This document shows, piece by piece, positions 41,500 through 56,084 of a stretch of DNA of 64,000 bases; position 1 is the stretch's first letter, and the number at the start of each line of letters is the position of its first letter. A model generated the notes under the pieces. That model saw only the letters and a list, made by a program, of their open reading frames with translations, ran no database searches and was not told the origin of the DNA. This DNA is from the human T2T-CHM13v2.0 reference genome, Homo sapiens. The stretch lies in NCBI RefSeq assembly GCF_009914755.1, contig NC_060947.1; one strand, given 5' to 3'. Made by a program: the position numbers and the translations under genes.

Positions 41500-41672
41500 A
41501 AATAAGAGAGAAATCCAGCAAGAGAGAATGAGAGCAAAATAAAGAGGAAGATATTAAGAGGGAAAAAGAGATAGAGGAAGAAAGGGAGAGAGGGAGAGAA
41601 GAAAAGAAGGATAAAAAGAGAGAACGAGAGAGAGAGAAAAAAAGACAGCAAAATCAGAGCAGAGTAGGAGAT
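41500..41672. repeat. GA-rich polypurine low-complexity tract
   Basis: Directly visible. Confidence 0.75.
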
Positions 41673-42640
41673 GGGTGATGATGCTGTAGCGGCTCCAGTG
41701 GCCTATAAACTGACTAGAATCTTTAGCCTTTATTGCATGGCGCCGGAGACTCAAATGAACAATGTATGTCAGCTATTCCTCTGAAAGGAATGCTTCTTGT
41801 GAGTTACACCTTGGTGAGGAGGTTTTTCCTTTCTGGTTCCATTTCTACCCAAGGTATCACAGACCTCCACCTTCTATTCGGGGGCAGGGGAGTATACATA
41901 CATGCAGAGCTATTGGAAGGTATTGTTTATGTGTGATGAGTTAATGGGATACCCACACTCAAAGGTAGCTTAATGCTTAGTCCGTTACACAATATTTAAT
42001 CATATAGTCCACGTATGTATGTGATTATTTGTTTAATGATCATCTCTGCCACTGTATTATGAGATCCTTGATGCGATCCACACAAAATCTTGCATATAAT
42101 TACAGGGCGTTGAGATACTCTCTGAAGACAATCTGTTCATTTAACAGATATTAACTAAGCAGTTACTATGTGGTAAGCACTATACTTTGCAGTGGGTTAT
42201 AGGAGTAAGCTGCTCCTACCTGGCTCTTGACCTTATGTCATTTTCCTTATTCTTACCTTACTATAATCATTAGTGTGCCATCATATTTCCACCTGTGAGA
42301 TGATGACCTGCTTGAGAGTTAAAATCTGGACCTAGCAGAGTTTAGCACATGGCTACAGAAGGAAGTTGCACTTTTTAATGATTTAGCACACGAAGAAAAT
42401 AGTGACATTTCAAGTAAATTAGCTATTTTTTATTTTTGGTAAATGTCACATAACCTACCCACCCCAACCAGATGATAAGTGGGTGGTACAAATTGCTGCC
42501 CAAATAAGTTAATAAATGAGTAATATTTAATGAATAATCATTCTAGGAAGCTGGAAACCTAATTTCATATCAACCTAGAAAATAGAGACTTTACACTCAC
42601 ACAACCTCAGTGAATTTCATGGCAATACAAACAATGATAG

Positions 42641-45600
42641 ATTTTTTTAAATTTTAAATTTTTATTTTTCATGGGTATTTTTGGGGTATATGAGATACTT
42701 TGATACAGGCAAGCAGTATAAAATAAGAACATCATGGTACACAATGTATCCTTTATAGTGTATCCATCATAGTACACATTGTATCCCTAATAAAAAGCAT
42801 TTATACTTTGTATTACACACCATCCAATTATACTCTTTTAGTTATTTTAAAATATACAATTAAATTATTATTGAGTATAGTCTCCCTGTTGTGCTAACAA
42901 ATACTAAGTCTTAATCATTCTTTCTATTTTTTTTTGTACCCATGAACCATCCCCACTACCCTCTCACCATTCCCTATCTCCCCTGGTCTGGTAAACATCC
43001 ATCTACTTCCTATCTCCATGAGATTATTTTATTTTATTTTTTTTAGATCCCCCAAATAAGTGAGGACATGTGATATTTGTTTTTCTGTGCCTGTCTTATT
43101 TCACTTAACATAATGATCTCCAGTTCCATCCATGTTGTTGCAAATGACTAGATTTCATTCTTTTTATGGCTGAATAGTACTCCATTGTTTCTCCAGGACT
43201 GGTCCCTGGTACCTTCTTTAGTTCATTTAGTGAGGTCATTTTTTCCTGGATTGTCTTGATACTAGTAGTGGTTCATCTGTGTATGGGCATTAAAGAGTTA
43301 GATAATTATTCTAATCTTCACAGTCTAGGCTTGTTTGTGCCTGTCTTTGTTAGGATGGATTTCCATGTATTTGAAGAGACTTGGGCCCCAAGCCCAATAA
43401 CACTGTGATTCTTGCAGATGCATGGAAGTACCACCTTGGTCATCTTGGATAAGACCTGGAAGTATTTCTCTGGATTACCAGGCAGAGACTCTTGTTCTCA
43501 TCCCTTACTTTTTCCCAAACAAATGGAATCTCTCTCTCTGTCTGTGCTGAGCCCCCTAACTCTAGGTGTGGGGTGACACAAGTACCCCTGTGGCCACTAC
43601 CACTATACTGCGCTTGGTCAGACCTGAAGCCTACACAGCATTTGGGTTTTGCCCAAGACACTCTATAACCACTATCTGGCTACTGCCTCTGTTCACTCAA
43701 GGCCCCACGTCTCTACTGTCAGCAGATGGGGAAGCCAGTAGGTTTGCGTCCTTCCCTTCAGGGTAGCGCATTCTCCTAGCTCCTGGCTGGTCCAGAGATA
43801 CTATCTGGGAGCCACTCATTGGAGTAAAAAAACTTAGAAATCTACCTGGTGTTTTATTATACTGCAGCTAAGCTGGCCTTCAAACCACAAGACAAAATCC
43901 TTTCTGCTCTTCTCTCCCCTTTCCACAGTCAGAGGTCCCTCTTCCAGTGGCCACTACCACCCCTGGCCTGCAGGATGTTCCGCCAGGCCACCACCGATGT
44001 TCTCTTAATGCCCAGGGGCTCTTTCGTCAGCTTGTGGTAAATACTGCCAGGCCTGCGAGTCACCCTTTAGGGCAGTGCCTCCCTTTGGGCCCAAGGCAGT
44101 TTTAGAAATGCTGTTAAGGAGCCTAGGTCTGGATTCGGGGACCCCAAGAACCTGCTTTTTGCTGTACCCCACTGTGGCTACGTGGGTATCTAAAGTGCAA
44201 AACAAAGTCCCCTTTACTTTTCCCCTGTTTTTGTCAAACAGAAGGAGTCTGTCACCATAGCCACCATAGCTGGGAATGTGCTAGGTCTCACCTGAAGCCA
44301 ATACATCGCAGAGTCTTACTCAAGGCCCCGTAGCATACTACCTGGATATCACTGTTAGTTATTCAGGGTCCAAGGAATCTTTAGTCCGCGGACGATGAAT
44401 CCTGTCAAGACGGGGTCCTTCACTTCAAGAGACCAGTTTTCCTTCTGGCCCAGGGTGTGTCTAGAAACGGTATCTGGGAGTTGGGGCCTGGAATCGGGGC
44501 CTCACGATTCTGCCCAGTGCCCTGTCCCATTGTGACTGAACTCTTAATTAAGATGCAAGACAAAGTACTCTTCACTCTTCTCTCCTCAAACAGATGGAAG
44601 GAACCACTTTCATTGCTGCCAGCTGCACTACCTGAGGTTTGGAGAGATATGGTGCAAGCCCTCTTTTAGCTGTGCCATCTGGTGTCTCTCTCTGTCACGT
44701 GCCAACCTAGTTCACTGGTTCTCAGAACTAGGACTTGCCTAGGAACTGCAGTCCTTGTGTCCTAGACTGTCATTCAAGTATACCTAGGACCTCAGAGTAC
44801 TTTTGCCTGTAGTGATGAGGCTTGTCTGAACTCAGGTTCCGAGTGCTGGGATGGGTGATTCTCCTCTGGCTAGGGCTGGTCCGAATGCTCCCTTGGTGTG
44901 TGGGCATGGACTGAGTCAGCATCGCTTTGCTCTCCACCGCAATAGGGCAGCACTGAGTTTAACGCTAATGTTATAGGAGTTATTAAGAAATTATTTTAGG
45001 TAGCTAGAGAGGAAAAGGTGTCCTTGGGAAGTTTTTGTCTCTTTCAAAGCAGCTCCAAAAATGTTTCTTGTCTAGCAGGAAAGCCCTGGCTCTTAGAGCC
45101 AGGCAGACAACCTTTAATATGCAAATGCAGGCCATTAGAAACTGGATCCACCCAAACATGGCAATTCCCACTGTTATCCTCTTGCCCTTGCCCCTACATG
45201 TGCTTGGCAGCATGGCTGCCCCCACATATCCCCACGTGTGTAAAACATCATGGCGCCCTGTATTTGCAAATTAAAAGGCTAGGATGGGAGGGCCAATTAT
45301 TTTACGAACTGCGTGAATAACATGCCTGATCAAACCAATCCCCTGCGCCCTATGCAAATCAGACACTGCCTCCTCCAGCCTCCTCATATAACTGGCTGGT
45401 TTCCACCACACTCAGGGTTTCCTCTCTTGGCTTTAGGGCCCCCCTCCCTCTGTCTCTGTATAGACAAAGCTTCTTCCTTCTTTCCCCTCCTTTCTTTCGT
45501 GCCTATTAAACTCTCCTCTCCTTAAAACCACTCCACTCATTGGAGCCATATCACTAAGTCCCCCAGTTGCTGTGTGCTCTGTCTCCCACATGCACAGACT

Positions 45601-45866
45601 CTTTCTTCATGCCACACAGCTGCTGGTGGAGAACAGGGGAGGGGTGGGGAGCAGGGGAGGGGTGGCTTCGGCGATGATTCAAGACTGTCTTTCCTACCCT
45701 CTTCTGTGCCTCTTTCAGTGACGTAAAGTTAAAACCATGTACTATTATTGCCCACTTGATTTTTGTTTCTTATTACAGTGCTTTTTTGTGTGTAGTTAGT
45801 TGTTAAAATTTGGTGTTCCTATGAGGAGGGTGATAGGTGGAGGATTTTATTTGGCTGCCTTGCTTC
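42641..45866 (-). mobile_element. L1MA element with both termini but ORF1/ORF2 almost entirely deleted, interrupted by an LTR
   Basis: The 3' UTR (42641-~43188) is joined directly to the ORF1-start/5' UTR region (TGTTTCTCCAGGACTGGTCCCTGG...). TSD ACAATGATAG is at 42631-42640 and 45867-45876. Confidence 0.85.
44969..45553 (+). mobile_element. ERV1 (MER4 group, MER61-like) solo LTR
   Basis: TG...CA termini and a 4-bp TSD, CTAA, at 44965-44968 and 45554-45557. It contains CCAAT (~45335), TATA-like CATATAA (~45386) and ATTAAA (~45505). The family name is from memory. Confidence 0.8.
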
Positions 45867-46239
45867 ACAATGATAGTTTCATGACTAGTACTTCCTTCAC
45901 TTCAGAATGACAGATTATAACAAGTTTGTGAAAAAGGAAAAACTGTAAAACAGCAGAAGAAAAATTAACTTTTATGAACTAGTGATTAGTTGCACATTTC
46001 TTAATGATGATAGCAAGTGAGCCAGATAAATATTTGTTTCTACTCATGTCCTAATGTTTGTTTTTACATTTTTTTGTTCTAGAAAAATATTCTCAGACGT
46101 TTTCTGCTTTTATGATTCTTTTAAATATTAAGCTTTGATTTTTATTGAATGCTGTCTGTTGTTTATAATTATTTTCAATAGCTATCATATATTTAATCTG
46201 TACTAAAAATACTCCACCAACCTGTTTCACACCTCCTTG

Positions 46240-47445
46240 CAAACTAAGGACAAGCCCCAAGGAATTTTATAGATCTGATTCTACAAGTGTTCATGTAACA
46301 GACAACTGTTATGTAATACACACTTTTTTAGCAAAACCAAAAAGGAAACCTGCCTTATTCATTTTATAAGACTGAAATAACTTTGACACTGACACTTTAC
46401 AGGGACAGTACAATAAAGAAAAATTATAGGCCTATCTCATTAATTAGAATATATGTATATATATAAAAACAATCCTCAATAAAATGTTAATATTTATTCT
46501 AACAATGCATGAAAAATATGATGCATCATAATAAATTAATATCTAACCAGGCATTGTGAGGATGATTTTATATTAGAAAACCAATTACTAAAATTCAAAA
46601 TTTAGTGTCCATTCATAATAAAGCTAGAGAACATAACAAGCACAATAATTAATATATCCCACATAATAAATCATAGAGAACTAGAATTATAGGAGTTTCT
46701 GTAATTCATAATGTGTGTCGATTAGAAATCTATAATGAACGTTGTGTTTAGCATTATTTCTTTAAAAGCTGTCATTTACAAGTCAGGATCACGTCAAGGA
46801 TGCCTTGTATCATCGCTTCAGTTCAGGATAGTAATGGATTTCCTAGTTTGTGCAATAAGACATGAAAAAGAAATAAGTGCTACAAGGGGTTTGTAAAGGA
46901 CATAAAAATCATTAATTTATAGATGGCTTGATTGTCTACATAAGAAAATCCTAGACTACAGAAACAATTAGAGTTAATAAAAATCCATTAAATTTGTTAT
47001 ATGCAAGAAGACCATCACATAATTAATATTATTCCCATATATCTTAACTACCAATTAGAAATAGACATTACAAAATTTCCATTAACAATAGCAACCAATA
47101 GATTACACTTCTTAGGATTAAATCTTTTAAAAAAATGCAATAACTTGATAGAGAATATTTCATGAAGACCATGAAATTTTACCTTACAAATAAATATTTT
47201 AGCATATTCTCCTATAAAAAACTTAATATTATACTGATGTTAATGCCCTAAAAGTTGATCTAGTAGCACAATTTTCTTGCAACAAAACTCAAGGTGGGAT
47301 TTAATGAAACTTAAGAAGCTGAGTTTAAAATAAACAAATTGCTAACAATAATTTATATATATTTTTAAGAAAATACACAAGATGAGGAAGTTTGCCCTAC
47401 CAAATATCAAAACATTAGAAAGCAAAAGCCCTTAAAAGTATGTGA
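46240..47445 (+). mobile_element. L1ME-like ORF2 fragments
   Basis: AAGTCAGGATCACGTCAAGGATGCC (RT GTRQGC-like) and GCAATAAGACATGAAAAAGAAATAAG. Confidence 0.7.
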
Positions 47446-47448
47446 TTT

Positions 47449-48516
47449 GCATGACCAAGAACCCAAAAGCAAATGCAACAAAAACAAAGATAAATAGATG
47501 GGAATTAATTAAACTAAAAAGCTTCTGCACAGAAAAAGAAATAATCAGCAGAGTAAACAGACAACCCACAAAGTAGGGGAATATCTTTGCAAACTATGCA
47601 TCTGACAAAGGACTAATAGCCAGAATCTACAAGGAAGTCAAATCAGCAAGAAAAAAAACAATCCTATCAAAAAGTGGGCTAAGGACATGAACAGATGATT
47701 CTCGAAAGAGGATATACAAATGGCCAACATATAAAACAATGCTCAACATCACTAAGTATCAGGGAAATGCCAATCAAAACCACAATGCGATACCACCTTA
47801 CTCCTGCGAGAATGACTATAATAAAAATAATAATAATAGACGTTGGCATGGATGTGGTGAAAAGGGAACACCTTTACACTTCTGGTGGGAATGTAAACTA
47901 GTACAACCACTATGGAAAACAGTGTGAAGATTCCTTAAAGAACTAAAAGTGGAGCTACCATTTGATCTAGCAACCCCACTACTGGATATCTACCCAGAGA
48001 AAAAGAAGTCATTATATGAAAAAGATCACTTGCACGTGCATGTTTATAGCAGCACAATTTGTGATTGCAAAAATATGGAACAGGCCTAAATGCCCATCAA
48101 TCAGCGATTGGATGAAGAAAATGACATATATACCATGGAATGCTACTTAGCTATAAAAAGAAACAAAATAATGGCATTCTCAGGAACCTGGATGAAATTG
48201 GAGACAATTATTCTAAATGAAGTAACTCAGGAATGGAATACCAAAAATCATATGTGCTCACTTCTAAGTTGGAGCTAAGCTATGAGGACACAAAACATAA
48301 GAATGACACATTTTACTTGGAAGACTCGGTGGTAAGGTAGGAGGGGGGTGAGGCAAAAATAAAACTACATATTGGGTACAGTGTACACTGCTCGGGTGAT
48401 GGGTACACCAGAATCTCAGAAATCACTACTAAATAACTTATCCATGTAACTGAACACCACCTGTTTCCCCAAAACCTATTGAAATACATAAATAAATACA
48501 AAATATTAAAAATTTT
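47449..48516 (+). mobile_element. 5'-truncated L1PB (L1PB1-like) 3' end
   Basis: ORF2p C-terminal motifs ([19 protein letters not shown]). 3' UTR TTGGGTACAGTGTACACTGCTCGGGTGATGGG. Degenerate TSD AAAAGTATGTGATTTG / AAAATTATATAATTTG. Confidence 0.92.
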
Positions 48517-48629
48517 AAAAATTATATAATTTGTCCCAGTGATAATCAAATGAATCAATGGGCACAATATAAACTTCAGAAACTGTGTTATGTATTCATA
48601 AAAGAAGTGTCACTGAATATTTGTAAAGA

Positions 48630-48858
48630 GTATAATCTCTATAATCCAAAACTGCTGGAGTTCAAATACTTCCTCTTCTACTTACTGGTTGTGTGGCTGA
48701 CACTGGGGAAAATATTTGAACTTTCTTTACATCAGTTTGTTTAACTATGGAAGAGAAAAACTCTTCCATATCTACTTCATGAAAGTGTAATGAGGATTAA
48801 GTGATATAACCACAACTACTAACACGTAGCATATGCACAATGGTTGTTAGCTGTTATA
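48630..48858 (+). mobile_element. MIR SINE
   Basis: GAGTTCAAATACTTCCTCTTCTACTTACT...TGAGGATTAAGTGATATAA. Confidence 0.65.
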
Positions 48859-49426
48859 TGGGCATCTGGTATCTAGTAGAAGTGGCATTAGAAATTAGTT
48901 GTGAGAGCATGAACTATAAATAACATATGTTGACACCATGACCTCTCTACTCTAGATAAATTTGAAAATTAAAAAATTCACAGTTTTAAAAATGTAGAAT
49001 AAAATATGAGACTCTATCTTTAGTATAACTGAGCAGGGAAATGTTTGTAAATAAGACCCCAAAGGTTCAAGTCAACAAAGAAAAATGGTTAATTTGACAT
49101 CAAAATTGAAATTGTCCTTAGGGCAAAAGGCATCATATACTAAGCGAAATTATAAGCACTGACTTGAAGAAGATATTTGCAATGTATGTAACTGAAAATA
49201 ATTAGCATGCATAATATACACATAATTCCTATGACGTGATTTAAAAATTTAAATGAGCTAATAAAAGTATAGCCAAAGAATAAGAAGAGGTAATTCACAA
49301 GAGAAAAAACATGGAAGGCTACTAACCGGGGAAACATGCACAATTTTGTTAATATACAGAGAACTGCAAAATTAAGAAATGAGATATCTCATACTCATCA
49401 ATGTGGCAAAAGTTAAAGGTATGACC

Positions 49427-50225
<799 letters not shown>

Positions 50226-50264
50226 CTAAAAAAATAAAAACAAAACAAAAACTGTATCACAACT

Positions 50265-50661
50265 TTTGTGAGCTGAATTGTGCCCTAAATGCATGTTTGA
50301 AGCTGTAATCCCCATAACCCCAGAATGTGGCTATATTTGGAGACAGGGCCTTTTAAGAGGCAGTTGAGTTAAAATGAAGCTCTTGGAGAGGGCTCCAGTC
50401 TAATCTGACCAGTATCCTTGTAAGAAGTGGAAATTTGGACACATAGAGACACAGCAGGGATATATGAGCCCAGAAAAAAAGACGCTGTGAGGCCATAGTG
50501 AGAAGGTGGCCATTTATAAGCTAAGGAGAGAAGCCTCAGGAGAAAACAAACCTGCCAGCACCTTGCTCTGTACTTCTAGCCTTCAGAACCGTGAGAAAAT
50601 ACATTTCTGTTGCTTAGGCCACCCAGTGTGTGGTATTTTGTCATAGAAAACCGACATAACA
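50265..50661 (+). mobile_element. MLT1A-like MaLR LTR
   Basis: GCTGAATTGTGCCC...TATTTGGAGACAGGGCCTTT...GTGAGAAAATACATTTCTGTTG...GTGGTATTTTGTCATAG. Confidence 0.85.
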
Positions 50662-50777
50662 TCTATCACATGTGCACATAAATATATGCAAGAGTTTTAA
50701 AATATGTGTTGAAACAATGCAACCAACCTAACCACTCAATAGATGAATAGAGAAAAAAAATAAATTAATTAATTCTG

Positions 50778-51032
50778 AGAGGCATTCTGTGATGCCTATT
50801 GGTTAAGAAATCAGCATGTAGAACCTGGTAAATCCCTAACTCTGTCACTTACTGACTGTATAAACTTCGTTAAAGTAACTTGTTTTTCTCTATGTCTCAG
50901 ATTCCATATTTGTATAATGGGATAATAGTGCCTTCCTCATGGGGGGATTTGAGTATTAAATGAGTTAATACATGTAAAGCCCTTAGTATAGTGCCTAATA
51001 TATTGTAAGGCACTAATGTAAACGTTCATATT
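50778..51032 (+). mobile_element. MIR SINE, near full length
   Basis: TGTATAATGGGATAATAGTGCC...ATTAAATGAGTTAATACATGTAAAGCCCTTAG. Confidence 0.8.
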
Positions 51033-52904
51033 ATGAGTAAACTATTATATTCATAAGAATAAAATAAATTAATGTATAAAGGTCATGACCAGTATAATGA
51101 GAATTAATCTCTATCCGCAATGTTTTATTAGGAAAAGTTCTCACTCAAATATTTCAACATCTTTATATTTGAGTGATAAATAGGTGATTGTAATATAACT
51201 CTCTGTACTTTTCTGCATATTTGACATGCATTATAACTCACAAAAAAAAGATAAAGTCAATTCAAAGGTTTAGAATGCCTAAATGATAATAACTTTAGGG
51301 TTGAATTGAAATTGACCAGAATAATCAAATGCCCAGTTTTCAATCTGGATCTGATTTCAGTTCTGCAAAGCTCTACCAAAATTTATGGAAGCCATGTGAG
51401 GCACAGGACTGGTTGGAAGCAGGCTTAGAAAAAGGACTGAGTGAAGAATTATCTATTGGGCTGGAAATCGACACTGGATTCAAAGTTATAAACCCAGCAA
51501 TTTACTATCTATAAAGGAGATGGAAAAGAAAAAAAATCATTTTAGCTCCATGAAGAGCCCTGAAGTAAAATTTATTTCAATTCTCAATGGGGAATAACAG
51601 TTCCATTATCTCTGCTTCTTTAAAAAGTCAACAAGGGTTGGGAAAATGTCAGAATCCAGATATGTATGTGTGGTCATGGTAATTCAGTAGGAAAATATAT
51701 TCCTGTGGGAAAAAAAATGCTTGTGATATGAAAAGAAAGAAAGTATATATGTGGTCCAGTCAGGTAGTTGGCTTTACTGCTTTCATTTTCTAATTGATGA
51801 AATGTTTTTGCAACCTCAGCACCTTTTTGCATTATTCGATTTTAAAATAACCTGCATTATTTTGAATGTCACCATCAAAATAATCTTATTTCTTAGATAC
51901 ACGACTTCAATTTTGCAATCATTCTGAAGACTGTACAGTTTATCACCATTACTAAATATTTAATATCTCTTGCCCTTCTATGGACCTTTGAAGCTAATAG
52001 CTTAACTAGTGCCTTCTGATAGAATGTTGTATTCAAAAAGCTAATGAATTTATTAAAGAACAAGCACATCCCATTTCAGCAATGAGGAAAAATCAGGAGG
52101 AGGAATAGTGAAAACAAATGAATCATATTATGGTCACTCTGATGTAACTATTTGAACCAACCTCTTTTATGTGGGCAAGGCCTGGGGGCCAAGTACATTT
52201 TATTCTTCAAAGAAATAATTATATTAACTATAAAATACCCTTTAGAGAGTTCTCAGGATTAGAGGGGTGAAATTCAGATAACTTCCACTTTAGCACTGAT
52301 ACTTGAAGATACAATTATTTAATCATAATTCCAGAATACATTTAAAGGCAAAAAATGGCATCAGTGATTGATGTTTGATAACATACATTTTTTTTCGAAA
52401 GTAGAGGAGAGCAAATTCTGATTAATTATTCCCTTGGCTGTAGTCTCAAGTCCTGGAAAGTATGGAGGCCCTCTTTATGATGAGGACTGTAGAAATGGAG
52501 TTCTTTGTTTTAAGTAACTAACTGACTCTGCTCTCCTGAGTTTCTCAACTTAAAGGGGAACAGAAATAATTTTCAGCAAGCTTCTTTTCACAAATATATG
52601 CAGAAAAACATTTGCCACTGAAAATGTATTTGGTTTTCTTTCATAAAGATAAAATTCACACTGAATTTCCGAGCAAAATTTGATTCAGTGGCATTTCTTG
52701 TTTTTTCATACTGTTCCTTCTACCTGGAATGTCCTTTCCTACGATGTTCGAATGTTCAAATTCTACAAAATTTTGCTAAGCCACCTATTTGGGACGGTTA
52801 TTTCTGACCCTTTCCCATTTCCTCTTCTCTGGCAACCCTGTTTTGTTGTCCCCTATTGAATAAGAAGAAAGAGGAGGAGGAGGACCACCACCACCACCAC
52901 CATG

Positions 52905-53140
52905 AAAGCAAATGGCTCTCATTTAGTGGGCATTTTTTATTTAGGTGACTGTGTGCTTCATATCCGTGATCTACTTTAATTTTTCACAATAACCTTGTAA
53001 GGCAGGAAATATTATCAACATTTTATTTTACAAAGGAGCATCCAGGTTTCTCCTAGACGTTAATTACCTAAGGTCATTCATCTAATAATTCATGGGATAC
53101 AAATTCGACACCAGATCTACTTAAATCCATTTCACTATGT
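52905..53140 (-). mobile_element. MIR SINE with a (GAG)n(CAC)n run at its tail (52870-52902)
   Basis: TTCACAATAACCTTGTAAGGCAGG...TTACCTAAGGTCA. Confidence 0.65.
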
Positions 53141-55059
53141 TGCCTTATTATGATTATCCTCTGCTTTATTTGCAATGCTTTGCAAAAAAAAAAGGTGTTC
53201 AACTCTTTTTTGTTTTGCTAACTATATGTATACATGTCAGAGAGCAAGATAAAATAATATACTACTTTCAAGATTAAAAAAATATTGAGCTGAAAGAGGT
53301 CATATCACATATGACTATTTTGGGGGTAATAGTAATAATAAAAGCCTTTCCAGTTTCCAGAAATATTCCACATGATGTAAAAGACATTAAAAGTTCAAAA
53401 GGTAGCATATGATTGTTATGGTTAGCATAACAATAGCTAGAGAGTACACATATTATATTTAAAAATGATTTGTCAAAATATTTTGCTTTCATATAGAAAA
53501 AATACATTCTATGTGTTAGGCTTGTAGATACTCCAATTGACATTAAGAGCTATCTAAAACACTTAAACTCTTAAAGCTGTGCAAAGTAAGTCAATTGAAA
53601 AGGTTAGGTATCAGCATTAATAATATCCCCAAATCATGTTATCATTATTAAATATTAAGAAAGCATGCTAAGGCAGAATGGATGGGTGTCAGATAGAAAG
53701 CCACTGTTTTCATTTTCTAGGGCATAATTTTCAGGTTGTACTAAATTTACATAGTTGATTCTTTTAAATTCTTGCCCAATTTTTACTGTTGAAGGTAAAA
53801 ACAGCTCTTCAGTATATTCTTAGAAAACTAAAACAAAAAATACTATTGCTGTGGTGGCTGTTGTTTTTGCTAATTTCATCACTAAGCATCTTCTTGGCAG
53901 ATACACAACTGACCAGATTTGTTGAAAAAATGTGAAATATCGTAAGTTGTTAATTTATTGAACACTGTTGTTTAATATCTGTGAAATACTTACTTATGGT
54001 GAGTTTCTAAAATAATTGAAAATGGATAAATTAAATTTCATGTTAAATAATACCAATATTTTAATTGCTAACCTGAAATAATCAGTCCTGAAATGTTATG
54101 GAAAGTTCCACTTTTTCAAATGATTAAATAAAAAAAGAATGTAATACTGTAGAAATGAGAAAAATGCTTGGCACACAATAGCACCATTTAAGACGACAAT
54201 ATCAGCAAAGGAAATTTAGATAAGAGCTACTGAAATGGGATAAGATTCAAGGAACATTTTTAAGAGCTACTACAAAGACTTTCGCTGGGGATTTTAAAAC
54301 AGGGGAACAGATGGGGAAAATAATTGTCTAACATTTATGTTAATGTACCATAAAACTCCAATTATCCAGGCTGCTTGGGGAATCAGGTGTTTGGTTTAAT
54401 TTTTTTGGTTAGCCGAGGGTTACTCTAAAACCCAGTAGTATCTCAGTCATTGTTGAAAATCATTCCAAATTGGTTTAATAGTGCCTAGGAATTATAATTG
54501 TGTGTTTCTTGGTGTATAAGACAATGTTTCAAGGTCATTGTTCTGAACATAAATTCTGATTGGGCAAAACTATGATGGTAGACAGAATGTTGAGTGAATC
54601 TAGGATACCCAGGAAGTAATTTTTAGAAAATAAATATATAACATAAATATATATAGCATTGATTTGCTCTTTCCTAAAGCACCGGCCTCCTATGCAAGCA
54701 ATAAGCTGATTGTCTTCTGGGTATGGCTCAGGGATTTTTTGGGAGTCTCTTGACTCAAAAAATGTTCCTAGCCACACCTGTAACCATTAAAGATGTAGTA
54801 ATTTGAAAGAATAAATTAATCATTTAAAAAATACAATTATCTCTGGAAAAGCTGACAATTGATTTGTCTATGCCATAGTTCAAATTAATGTGATTAAATT
54901 GCTTTCTATCAAATAGCTACCTAAGGTACGTAAACAGATGGAATGGGACTTTTAATCGGGAAAGGGAGTTTAGAGCATATAAGATTTCCAAGGAATCATG
55001 CAGTGCCTACATATTAATTAATGAAGGACAAAAAATCGTCTTCATTAGGAAGATATTTT

Positions 55060-55665
55060 TAAACCTTTCATTACTAAAATAGCTAATGTTAAATTATCTC
55101 ACTATTTTGTAATTGCCCTTTTTATTCAACATTATCCATTAAAACACTACATATTTTGTGATGACACAAACTGTCTTATTCATAGTATTTATCATACTTA
55201 TATGATTTTTTAAAAATATGTTAGACATCACTATTGTATTCATTGTGATCAACATACTTCCTGGTACATAGTAGACATTCCATAAATATTTTTGAAATAA
55301 TAAATTGTATTAATGATGTAAAACTATTTTCAAAGAATAAATAGATAAAAGAGATTTTTATAAATAGCAATCGGTATTATTACTATTGTCATTATTATGT
55401 CAAAATTACTCTGGAATATTCATAAGTGAGGAGATCAATGTTTGGGGAGGTTACATGTATTTATAAAACCATGGGTATCTTCTTTATAAAAATTTTCATA
55501 ATTTATAACTGAATAATTTTTGTTTGCTTTTAGTCTACAGTACAGACTACAAGTTCTAATATGTCAGGGGCCCAATGTTGTGGTATTTATGCTATATCAT
55601 TAAATGTGTGTGAGTATCTGCTATATAGTAATTGTTTGAAAAACAATGGTTGAATAAATCAACGA
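55060..55665 (+). mobile_element. L2 3' end fragments
   Basis: CCTGGTACATAGTAGACATTCCATAAATATTTTTGAAATAA and GTTGAATAAAT tails. Confidence 0.55.
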
Positions 55666-56084
55666 TTAAAATTGTATTGATTACATTTATTATTTTCTCC
55701 ATGTTTCAAGAAAAAGGAGGAAGAAATGTTTCAGGATATGTCATGTGTTTATTATTAAAATGTCCACTTATAAATGAAACAATATCATTCTGCAATTATG
55801 TAACTATTTTTATGAGACGGTCGTTTGTCTACAAGATATGATATGAAACAGAGAGGACAGTTCACACAAAATCAATAACAAGCATAAATTTTGAGCCACA
55901 TTGAATGATTTATCCTACACTTTGAAATATTTCAGCATTAATTTCACGTTATGTGCAAAAAGCTGGCTTCTTTATATGAGTTTTCAAATGCACATACACA
56001 CACAGAGACATCTATCTTGTAACCTCATCTTGTTATAACATATGTTGCTAATATGGGCCCACATAATGTGTAACAGCGATTATC

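Noticed and set aside
40520-41531. Six long ORFs of 133-307 aa
   Set aside because: They are translations of the (RY)n minisatellite, which rarely forms stop codons. They are low complexity and overlap on both strands.
41674-41784. GTGATGA ... CTGA resembling snoRNA C and D boxes
   Set aside because: There is no terminal stem and no recognisable rRNA/snRNA guide complementarity. The motifs are short enough to occur by chance.
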